Shown here piece after piece: positions 19,289 to 26,636 of a DNA stretch of 64,000 nucleotides. Under the pieces are notes generated by a model, which did not search any database, was not told the origin of the DNA, and was given only the letters and a program-made list of their open reading frames with translations. A program made the position numbers and the translations under genes. The stretch's first letter is position 1. Every line of letters begins with the position of its first letter. This stretch comes from Candidatus Latescibacterota bacterium (GTDB lineage Bacteria; Latescibacterota; UBA2968; UBA8231). The DNA is taken from assembly GCA_965215195.1 (NCBI GenBank), contig CBDCDC010000001.1, positions 256,001-320,000 on the forward strand, given 5' to 3'.

Positions 19289-20947
19289 ATGAACAGAGCC
19301 GAATTTGAAAGCAAACTAAGCGACTACGTGCGCGGCGAACTGTCGGCCGCGGAAGCGCGGCAGATCGAGACCTACTTGGCCGAGCACCCGGAAGCGGCCG
19401 ACGACTTGGAGGCCGTGCGTTCCGTGCTGGAGCTGAGTGCTGACATCGGCACTGCCGAACCATCGGACGCGCTTTTTGCGGCGGCACGTACTAACGCGCT
19501 GGAGGCGATCCAAGCAGCGGATAAGCGTCAGCGCACGGGATTTTGGCACCGGCTGCCGCGGCCGGTGTACCTGTCGGGGCTAGCCGCCATGCTAGCCGGG
19601 GTAGTGTTTGGGGTGCTCTGGCACGAAGCATCAACTCCGGCGTGGGCAGAGGTAGTCGCCGAGGTACGCAAGCTTCATTCAGTGCATATAGTGGGCTGGT
19701 TTCGCGGGGAAAAGGGAGAGCGAGTGCCGGTGAAACAGTGGCTCAAGGCACCACACTTTTTCCGCGCCGAAGTGGATACTAGTGCGGCGCGGCGCGTACT
19801 CGTGGTGAGTGACGAAATACTTTTTTACGCAGACGGCGTCTGGTATGGGACAGACATCCCGGGAGCGGAATGGTGGTCCATAGATGAAGTCGCCGACCAA
19901 CTGGCCCTGCCCGAGCGCGAGCAACTTGAGCCTTGGAGTTATCAGATTGAACGCGAGGATCTGGGGCAGACGGTACTTTTTTCGATCTGGCGACGTTCTT
20001 CGCTGGGCATTAAAACCCCGTCGGATATCCGCTTTGAAATAGAAGTAGATGCCCAGACGCGGTTGCCTAGCCACGCTCGAGTTTATCTCGATTTGGGCCA
20101 AGAGGACTGGGAGTTAGTCAGCGAATTGAACTATCTGGACTACGATGCGCCGCTGGCAGACGAACTTTTCACTGTCGCCGTTGATACGCTCCAGCCGTTC
20201 CGCCCTTTGGAATACGAATCACATCCGTTCGACGATGTGCCGCTAGATCCATTTGTACCTTGGAACAGGATGTTTTACATGCCGCTAGACGGAATGGACA
20301 TTGCCGTCTATTCCGATTCGACTGACAGGAGCATGCCTGGCGAAAGCATGTCTTATAAGAGCGGAGGCTCAATCATTCGCTACGAATTCGTCCGCAAACC
20401 GCTGACCGAGATCGTCCAGAGCCTCGGGAACACGCACGTGGAGACCCCGGATTCAGTGTTGGCTGAACGGCGTTACTCCGTGCGGATTGTCCACAACCAA
20501 GACATAGGCCCCACTGAGCGCGTGAAGCGCCTCGGCCGCCGCTTTGGTTTTATTACCTCCATAGAAGAACGGCATGCTATTAGGACGCGCTGGGTTTTCA
20601 CCCAAGACGGCTCCGAGTTTCCGCTCAGTATGGAAGAGCCGCAAAGTGGAGGATATAGAATTAGTGGCGACAACGTCCAAGGCATGGGCTATCTCAGGGA
20701 CGCGATACGGAACATACTCACAAACGCCGCGCTCAACGACTACGACCAAGACCTCGACGAAATCGAGCTGCAATGGGACGGCGCGGCAGCAGACAATCCC
20801 TTTGAACGTCAGGTAGATATCGCCATCGATTTGTCCGACGGCTGGGACGCGGCTCTCGATTATTTGCGCGAGCACTTCGGGGTGACGATGGAGCGCATAT
20901 CCGAGCCGATCACCTACGAGGTGTTGGTGCTGAAAGGCGCAAAATAA
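19289..20947 (+). CDS. Putative membrane-anchored anti-sigma factor with large extracytoplasmic region
   Basis: Follows ECF gene by 5 nt; LSDYVRGEL...IETYLAEHP anti-sigma-like N-terminus, one TM, WAEVV. Confidence 0.75.
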   Translation: MNRAEFESKLSDYVRGELSAAEARQIETYLAEHPEAADDLEAVRSVLELSADIGTAEPSDALFAAARTNALEAIQAADKRQRTGFWHRLPRPVYLSGLAAMLAGVVFGVLWHEASTPAWAEVVAEVRKLHSVHIVGWFRGEKGERVPVKQWLKAPHFFRAEVDTSAARRVLVVSDEILFYADGVWYGTDIPGAEWWSIDEVADQLALPEREQLEPWSYQIEREDLGQTVLFSIWRRSSLGIKTPSDIRFEIEVDAQTRLPSHARVYLDLGQEDWELVSELNYLDYDAPLADELFTVAVDTLQPFRPLEYESHPFDDVPLDPFVPWNRMFYMPLDGMDIAVYSDSTDRSMPGESMSYKSGGSIIRYEFVRKPLTEIVQSLGNTHVETPDSVLAERRYSVRIVHNQDIGPTERVKRLGRRFGFITSIEERHAIRTRWVFTQDGSEFPLSMEEPQSGGYRISGDNVQGMGYLRDAIRNILTNAALNDYDQDLDEIELQWDGAAADNPFERQVDIAIDLSDGWDAALDYLREHFGVTMERISEPITYEVLVLKGAK

Positions 20948-20951
20948 GCGT

Positions 20952-22217
20952 TCACGTGCGCTCGTCTGTCAGGCGTTTGGCGTATTCGCCGCGCGGTATG
21001 CGGAAATACCCCTGAAAGCAAAGTACGCCCGCGGCCGAAATCACGGCGCTGCTCAAAAACAACGCCCGATACCCCAGCGCGTCGATCATCCAGCCGCCGC
21101 CGAGCGAAACGCCGGCAATGCTGATGCCGTAGGCCATGGTCAGGGCCGAACTCATGGTCACCCGCCAGCGCTCGGGGACCAATTCCTGCTGAAAGACTAT
21201 ATAGACCGAGCGGCGGATCGAGCTGAGGGCGATTAGGGCCATACCGGCGGCGCCGGCCACCGCCCAATGGGCGACTAAGGCGAGCGGTACGAGGCACAGC
21301 ACCATCGCCCCAGCCCCTCCGGTGATCACCGGCACCCGACCGAAACGCCGGCTGAGCGCAGGAGCGGCCAGCGCGGTACAGGCGGCTAGGAGCTGGCCCC
21401 CGGCCGTCAGGCTGCCAATCAGCGCCGTGGAGACCCCGAGGCCGTCGTCCATGTACACATTGAAGAAGATGCGGAGGCTGTTTTCCGCGGCCATCTGCAA
21501 GAAGGTGACCAAGCTCAAGGCGAGGATGATGGCCAGCGGGAAGGGCGTCGCTGGGCCGCGTTCCTTAGCAGGCGGCTTGTGCGGACGGGAGCGGGTTGCG
21601 GCAATAGCGCCGGTGCTAATGAATAACACGCCGGCCGCCAGCAGCAGCGGATAGCGGTAGGGGGCCGGGTGGTCTTCGGGCAGGGATAGAAGCGCGGAGA
21701 ACAGGCCGGGCAGCAGGCCACCGCACAGGCTGCCGGCAAAACCCGCCAGCGGCCACAGGGCCACTTGGGTCGAGAACACGTGGTTGCGCAGTCGCGGCGG
21801 GCAGATCAGGGTCAGAAAGGGAATTGAGCAGACGAGGAAGAGGGTATTGCCGAGGACGCCGAGGGCATACGCCCCCATGACCCAAGCTAGCTGCGCGGCC
21901 GGGGGCGCGAACTCGCCGAGGGGCAACAAGCCAAAACCCAGCGCGGCGACCGCCATGCCGGCGATCATGCTCCGGCGCGCCCCCCAGCGGTTGGCCAACA
22001 GGCCCGCGGGCATGCTCAAGAGGGCAAACGACAGCGCACCAACGGCATTGACTTGGCCGATCAATTGGGGGCCGTAGCCCAAGCGCAGGAGATAGAGATT
22101 GAGCAGGACGGTATAGACGCCGCCGAAGATCGTAAAGCCGATCAGGGCTTGGCTAAAGAGCACTAGGCGCACGTCGCGGTTGAAAAGCGCAAGCGCCTCG
22201 CGGTGAGTGGAGACCAA
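20952..22217 (-). CDS. MFS transporter
   Basis: Multiple hydrophobic helices; GLLANRWGARR and LSRRFGRV motif-A loops. Confidence 0.9.
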   Translation of the reverse strand: MVSTHREALALFNRDVRLVLFSQALIGFTIFGGVYTVLLNLYLLRLGYGPQLIGQVNAVGALSFALLSMPAGLLANRWGARRSMIAGMAVAALGFGLLPLGEFAPPAAQLAWVMGAYALGVLGNTLFLVCSIPFLTLICPPRLRNHVFSTQVALWPLAGFAGSLCGGLLPGLFSALLSLPEDHPAPYRYPLLLAAGVLFISTGAIAATRSRPHKPPAKERGPATPFPLAIILALSLVTFLQMAAENSLRIFFNVYMDDGLGVSTALIGSLTAGGQLLAACTALAAPALSRRFGRVPVITGGAGAMVLCLVPLALVAHWAVAGAAGMALIALSSIRRSVYIVFQQELVPERWRVTMSSALTMAYGISIAGVSLGGGWMIDALGYRALFLSSAVISAAGVLCFQGYFRIPRGEYAKRLTDERT

Positions 22218-22307
22218 TTTCTTTTTTGCTGGAACCGGGGATGGCAGTTATGTATTGGGAAGGTAAATCAACGGCTCGCGGCAAAAAAGGCATGTAGCGG
22301 AGGCGGC

Positions 22308-23225
22308 ATGGCGCGCAGCAGCGTATTCTGGTGCTTTTTGGTCTGGACAGCAGATGTCCTAGCCCAAGAGATAGTCGAGGTGCAAACGCCGGCTGGTACC
22401 ATGCACGAATTGGTCCGCGTCTCCGCCGGTTATTTTGCAATGGGATCGACCGCGGGGCGGGCGGACGAGCAGCCGGTCCACCAAGTCTATCTCGACGCCT
22501 TCTACATCGACCGTTTTGAAGTGAACAACGACCAGTACGCGGCCTTTTTGAACGACAGCGGGCGCAACGCAGATGGGGAAGGGCATCTGCTGCTCGACGT
22601 GCGCGACCTCGACGCACAGATCCGCTACGGCGACGCGGGTTACGCGCCGATTCCCGGCAGCGGGCAGCGGCCAGTCGCCGAAGTCTCGTGGTACGGTGCC
22701 CGTGCCTATTGCACCTCGGCCGGCATGCAGTTGCCGACCGAGGCCATGTGGGAAAAGGCCGCCCGCGGCATTGACGGCCGCGTCTATCCCTGGGGCAATT
22801 CCATCGACCGCAGCCGGGCCAACTACGGCCGCGAGGGCTGCTGCCGCGGCGACGACAGCGACGGCTTTTTCGACTCGGCCCCGGTAGGCTCCTATCAGGG
22901 CGGGATTTCTCCCTATGGGGCCTACGATATGGGGGGCAATGTCTGGGAATGGGTGGCGGATTGGTACGGGGAGGATTACTACGGGCAGAGCCCCGAGCGC
23001 GATCCGCAGGGACCGGACGCCGGGATCAGCCGGGTGCTGCGGGGCGGGTCGCTGAGCAGCGACCCGTATCGCCTGCGCACCACCGACCGCAGTGGGCTGC
23101 CGCCTTCGGCAACCTACATCATCGTCGGATTTCGCTGCGCTGTGCGCGAACTCCCCGCCACGGCCGTGCAGTCCGCAAGTTGGGGACAAATCAAGCGCAT
23201 GACAGAAGAGGGCGATGCGCCATGA
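22308..23225 (+). CDS. Secreted FGE/SUMF1-family domain protein with C-terminal TAVQSASWGQIK motif
   Basis: FAMGS, LPTEAMWEKAARG, YPWGN, YDMGGNVWEW, RGGS, GFRC; signal-peptide-like N-terminus. Confidence 0.9.
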   Translation: MARSSVFWCFLVWTADVLAQEIVEVQTPAGTMHELVRVSAGYFAMGSTAGRADEQPVHQVYLDAFYIDRFEVNNDQYAAFLNDSGRNADGEGHLLLDVRDLDAQIRYGDAGYAPIPGSGQRPVAEVSWYGARAYCTSAGMQLPTEAMWEKAARGIDGRVYPWGNSIDRSRANYGREGCCRGDDSDGFFDSAPVGSYQGGISPYGAYDMGGNVWEWVADWYGEDYYGQSPERDPQGPDAGISRVLRGGSLSSDPYRLRTTDRSGLPPSATYIIVGFRCAVRELPATAVQSASWGQIKRMTEEGDAP

Positions 23226-23238
23226 CCCGCACAAATGC

Positions 23239-23276
23239 AAACAGCCCCTCAGCTTGTGCGAGCTAAGGGGCTGTTT
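23239..23276. terminator. Bidirectional terminator hairpin
   Basis: AAACAGCCCCTCAGCT-TGTGCG-AGCTAAGGGGCTGTTT between convergent FGE-like gene and tRNA-Phe. Confidence 0.75.
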
Positions 23277-23289
23277 ATTGTTTATAATA

Positions 23290-24174
23290 ACCAATGGTGC
23301 TAGTGAGTTGACCGTGGTCGAGGTAGTTCCTACGCTGAGGGTGTCCCCCCTTCCAGCGAAGGAGCGTCCCATGACCACGGCCGAGTTTATAATAGCCCTC
23401 TTCTATCGGATCGACAACCAGATGGGCGATGTGCCCAAACACCCCCAAGCCGCCTTATATCCCAGCGAAACGGTGACCCTGGCGGTTCTATATGCGCTCA
23501 AAGGGGACGGCAAACGGGCGTTTTATCGCTGGGTAGTGCGCGATTGGCGCGCCTTTTTCCCGCGCCTGCCCGAACGCACCCGCTTGTTCCGCCTGTTTGT
23601 CGCCCATGCGGACTGGACCGATCGCTTTCGAGCGGACCCCACCCCCTTAGGCGTGATCGATAGCTATGGCATCGAGTTGATCCATCCAGTACGCGAAGGC
23701 CGCTCCGCTCACCCTATCGGCCAGAAAGGGTTGTCCAATCACCGCTGGATCGTCGGCGGCAAGCTGGGCTTGATCGTCAACCAGTGGGGCTTGATCGTCG
23801 ATTGGGATTGTAACACGGCCAATGTCCACGATTCGGTCTTTCACCCGATGATTGGTCGCTACGAAGAGCAGATGATCCTCCTCAGCGACCAAGGCTTTCA
23901 TGCCAAAGAAGGTGATCCGGCTAATCTGAAAGTGTGTCCCCGCAAAACCTGGGGCGACCGGATGGTCATCGAGACCGTCTTTTCGATGCTGACCCGCATC
24001 GGCCGGTTCAAGCGACAGACCCATCGAGCTTGGGCCTACTTTAGAGCGCATCTGAGCGCGGCCATGGCCGCCTTTAACCTGCTGGCACAGTGGCATGGAT
24101 TGCAACCGGATGAAAATGGATTCGTCCCGTTGTCCATCGCGGAATTTAGCTTGTAGCCCACTAGCACCATTGGT
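23290..24174 (+). mobile_element. IS982-family insertion sequence (885 bp)
   Basis: Perfect 16-bp TIR ACCAATGGTGCTAGTG / CACTAGCACCATTGGT; 5-bp direct repeat TAATA at 23285-23289 and 24175-24179; single transposase inside. Confidence 0.92.
23371..24156 (+). CDS. IS982-family DDE transposase
   Basis: RBS AAGGAG; FPRLPERTRLFRL, IDSYGIEL (D), LSDQGF (D), RMVIETVFSML (E). Confidence 0.9.
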   Translation: MTTAEFIIALFYRIDNQMGDVPKHPQAALYPSETVTLAVLYALKGDGKRAFYRWVVRDWRAFFPRLPERTRLFRLFVAHADWTDRFRADPTPLGVIDSYGIELIHPVREGRSAHPIGQKGLSNHRWIVGGKLGLIVNQWGLIVDWDCNTANVHDSVFHPMIGRYEEQMILLSDQGFHAKEGDPANLKVCPRKTWGDRMVIETVFSMLTRIGRFKRQTHRAWAYFRAHLSAAMAAFNLLAQWHGLQPDENGFVPLSIAEFSL

Positions 24175-24180
24175 TAATAG

Positions 24181-24256
24181 TGGTGGCTCCTCGCGGAATC
24201 GAACCGCGGACACAGAGATTTTCAGTCTCCTGCTCTACCAACTGAGCTAAAGAGCC
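24181..24256 (-). tRNA. tRNA-Phe(GAA)
   Basis: Reverse complement GGCTCTTTAGCTCAGTTGGTAGAGCAGGAGACTGAAAATCTCTGTGTCCGCGGTTCGATTCCGCGAGGAGCCACCA; cloverleaf, encoded CCA. Confidence 0.97.
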
Positions 24257-24268
24257 ACCAGAAAAACA

Positions 24269-24298
24269 AAATTAAAGCCCCCTCATTCGCCTTGTCAA
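24269..24298 (-). promoter_or_regulatory. sigma70-type promoter of tRNA-Phe
   Basis: Minus strand perfect TTGACA followed after 16-18 nt by AT-rich TTTAATTT. Confidence 0.55.
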
Positions 24299-24307
24299 GG
24301 AGGCACC

Positions 24308-24829
24308 ATGCCCGTCTCGATCATCCCGTTCAACATGCCCGAACCCGCTGCAATTCCTCCGCACATCGTCACATCGCTCGAGGCCATGTCTCCAGACGAG
24401 GCCGTGGCCCAAGGCATGGATTTGCTGCTGGGCATTGAGGCGGCAGACACCATCGTATATGAGCGCGTCGGCCAAGGGGTGGTCCACACGGCCGGCGCAG
24501 GAGCCGAGGTTCTGCAGCGGGTGCTGGAACAGGACGGCGTGCGCTCCTTCGCCGGTCAGGAAGGGGTCGGGAACTCTGCGTTGTTGCTGGTGGGGCAAGT
24601 TAGCGCCCACGAAGAAAACCCCCTGCCAGCAGGGGTGGTGCGCTTCCTGTTGGAGGGGGCTGAAGGCGGGTCTATCGGCTTTAGCTACGTGTTGCCTCTC
24701 AAGACCAACGACGGCCAGCTATGGGGCGCGTTGACCCTGATTCGCCGAGCGGCGAGCGGGCCGCTCAACCACGAGCAGCCCAACCTGTGCGAGGGCATGC
24801 GGCGCGTGTTGAGCCGGATGAGCGATTAG
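24308..24829 (+). CDS. Stand-alone GAF-like domain protein
   Basis: RBS AAGGAGG; C-terminal YVLPLKTNDGQLWGALTLIR pattern typical of GAF domains. Confidence 0.55.
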   Translation: MPVSIIPFNMPEPAAIPPHIVTSLEAMSPDEAVAQGMDLLLGIEAADTIVYERVGQGVVHTAGAGAEVLQRVLEQDGVRSFAGQEGVGNSALLLVGQVSAHEENPLPAGVVRFLLEGAEGGSIGFSYVLPLKTNDGQLWGALTLIRRAASGPLNHEQPNLCEGMRRVLSRMSD

Positions 24830-25095
24830 ACCGCGACCGGCTCGACGACTCCGTTTGCGAGCATCCAAGCCTCGACCTCGCCGCCATCGACATCGGCCAG
24901 CATCTGGCCGTTGATCTCGACGCAGGGCGAGAGGGGCTGGCCGCTTTTCTGCACCATCTCGGCGTAGATTTCTGGACGGTTGATAATGTCCTTGTCCTCG
25001 TATTCGAGGCCGTACTTGGCGAAGGTTTCGCGCACGCTATTGCTCCAGCCGCAAACCGGCTTCAGATAGGCGACGATGTGGGGGGATTCCGCCAT
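24826..25095 (-). CDS. Glutaredoxin-like protein (CGWS)
   Basis: YLKPVCGWS, KSGQPLSPCVEING; RBS AAGGAG. Confidence 0.85.
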   Translation of the reverse strand: MAESPHIVAYLKPVCGWSNSVRETFAKYGLEYEDKDIINRPEIYAEMVQKSGQPLSPCVEINGQMLADVDGGEVEAWMLANGVVEPVAV

Positions 25096-25143
25096 GATTG
25101 GGACTCCTTTCTGGCGTGATAGAGGCGATTTTGCACTCGGTGG

Positions 25144-25216
25144 AATATAGAGCCGCGCCCCTCCCTGTCAAGCACTGCACTATGTAATTGACGAACCGAA
25201 TACCCGGCATTACATT
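25144..25216. promoter_or_regulatory. Divergent sigma70-type promoters (grx and murA)
   Basis: Minus: TTGACA-16-TATATT (25171-25144); plus: TTGACG-17-TACATT (25188-25216). Confidence 0.55.
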
Positions 25217-25271
25217 TGAGCCATCCCCTCACCTTTTGTGTTTGCTCCCCTTCTTAACTTTAGGATTGGCA

Positions 25272-26543
25272 ATGAGTTCTACAGAAGTCCTTTTTGTGCG
25301 CGGTGGCCGCCCCCTCCAAGGTGAGGCCGAGGTTCAAGGGGCCAAAAACGCCGCTCTGCCCATGTTGGCCGCCTCGCTGTTGGCCACCGAAGGGCAAACC
25401 GTTTTGCACCGGGTCCCCCCGGTCAAAGACGTGTTGGTCGCCCTAGAGCTGCTGAGTCGGCTCGGCGCACGCGTCGATTACGACGCAGCCGAGGAAGTGG
25501 CCGTTATAGACACCCGAGATGTCAAAGAGACCCGGTTGCCCGCGGATTTGACCAAGCGCCTTCGCGCCTCGCTGCTTTTCGTCGGGCCGCTGTTGGCCCG
25601 CTTTGGCCGCGCTTGGATCCAAGAGGTCGGCGGCTGCACGATTGGCTCGCGGCCGACCGACTACCACTATCGCGGCTTTGCCCGGCTCGGGGCCGAGGTT
25701 CAAGGCATGGCCGGCGGCGGCATTGACGTGGTGGCCGAGCGGCTCTCTGGGGCCTTTATGTACTGCGATTTGCCCAGCCACACCGGGGTGGAAAACCTCG
25801 TCATGGCTTCCTGCCTAGCAGAGGGCGAGTCCGTGATTGAAAACGCGGCCTCCGACCCGGAGATCGTGGATTTCGCGGCGCTCCTGCAAAAGATGGGTGC
25901 CCAAGTCGAAGGGGCCGGTACGCGTCGGGTGCATATCAAGGGGGTCCATGAGTTGGTAGGTGCCGAGCACGCGATCATGTACGACCGCCTCGACGCCGGC
26001 CTCTTGATGATGGCGGGCGCGATTACCGGCGGCGACATCGCCCTCAAGGGCGTGGTGCGCGATCATCTGTACGTCTTTGAATCCAAGCTACAGCAGATGG
26101 GCGTCGAGATGACAGAGGAAGGGGCTTGGATGCGGGTGCGCGGGCCGGAAACCTTGTCGCCGATCAACGTAGTGACCACCTTTTACCCCGGCTTCCCAAC
26201 GGACCTGCAACCCGGGATGACCGCCTTAGCGTGCATGGCCAAAGGCGACAGCTACGTCCGCGAGACCGTATTCGAAGATCGCCTCGGCCACGTCAAGGCT
26301 TTGCGCTCCTTTGGCGCTCGCATCGCGCCGGAAAAGGACCGCCTAGTGTTGGTACACGGGCCGGCCCAGCTCAAAGGGGCCAAGGTCAAGGCCATGGACA
26401 TTCGCGCCGGCGCCGCCTGCGTGCTCGCCGGCCTAGCGGCCGAGGGCTACACCGAGATCAGCAACCTCTACCAGCTCGATCGCGGACACGCCCACATTGA
26501 GCGCCGCCTGCGGGCCTTGGGCGCCGACATCGAAAGGCACTGA
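25272..26543 (+). CDS. murA: UDP-N-acetylglucosamine 1-carboxyvinyltransferase
   Basis: GAKNAALP, GGCTIGSRP (catalytic Cys), YPGFPTDLQ, DIRAGA, LDRG. Confidence 0.96.
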   Translation: MSSTEVLFVRGGRPLQGEAEVQGAKNAALPMLAASLLATEGQTVLHRVPPVKDVLVALELLSRLGARVDYDAAEEVAVIDTRDVKETRLPADLTKRLRASLLFVGPLLARFGRAWIQEVGGCTIGSRPTDYHYRGFARLGAEVQGMAGGGIDVVAERLSGAFMYCDLPSHTGVENLVMASCLAEGESVIENAASDPEIVDFAALLQKMGAQVEGAGTRRVHIKGVHELVGAEHAIMYDRLDAGLLMMAGAITGGDIALKGVVRDHLYVFESKLQQMGVEMTEEGAWMRVRGPETLSPINVVTTFYPGFPTDLQPGMTALACMAKGDSYVRETVFEDRLGHVKALRSFGARIAPEKDRLVLVHGPAQLKGAKVKAMDIRAGAACVLAGLAAEGYTEISNLYQLDRGHAHIERRLRALGADIERH

Positions 26544-26561
26544 GGCGCGTTGCACACTCAA

Positions 26562-26614
26562 GGCAATTAAAAGCGGTCGGGAGCTTGGGGAGCTCTCGAC
26601 CGCTTTTAATTGCC
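26562..26614. terminator. Long inverted repeat (24-bp stem), likely terminator
   Basis: GGCAATTAAAAGCGGTCGGGAGCT-TGGGG-AGCTCTCGACCGCTTTTAATTGCC, one G-T pair. Confidence 0.7.
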
Positions 26615-26636
26615 GATCACGCTATAGGAGACCACC

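Noticed and set aside
22308-23225. FGE-like gene as a diversity-generating-retroelement target or a true sulfatase-activating enzyme
   Set aside because: No template repeat or reverse transcriptase seen in the window; catalytic Cys pair absent
24181-24256. tRNA-Phe (and tRNA-Gly) as prophage or island att sites
   Set aside because: No integrase and no duplicated tRNA 3' end noticed in the window
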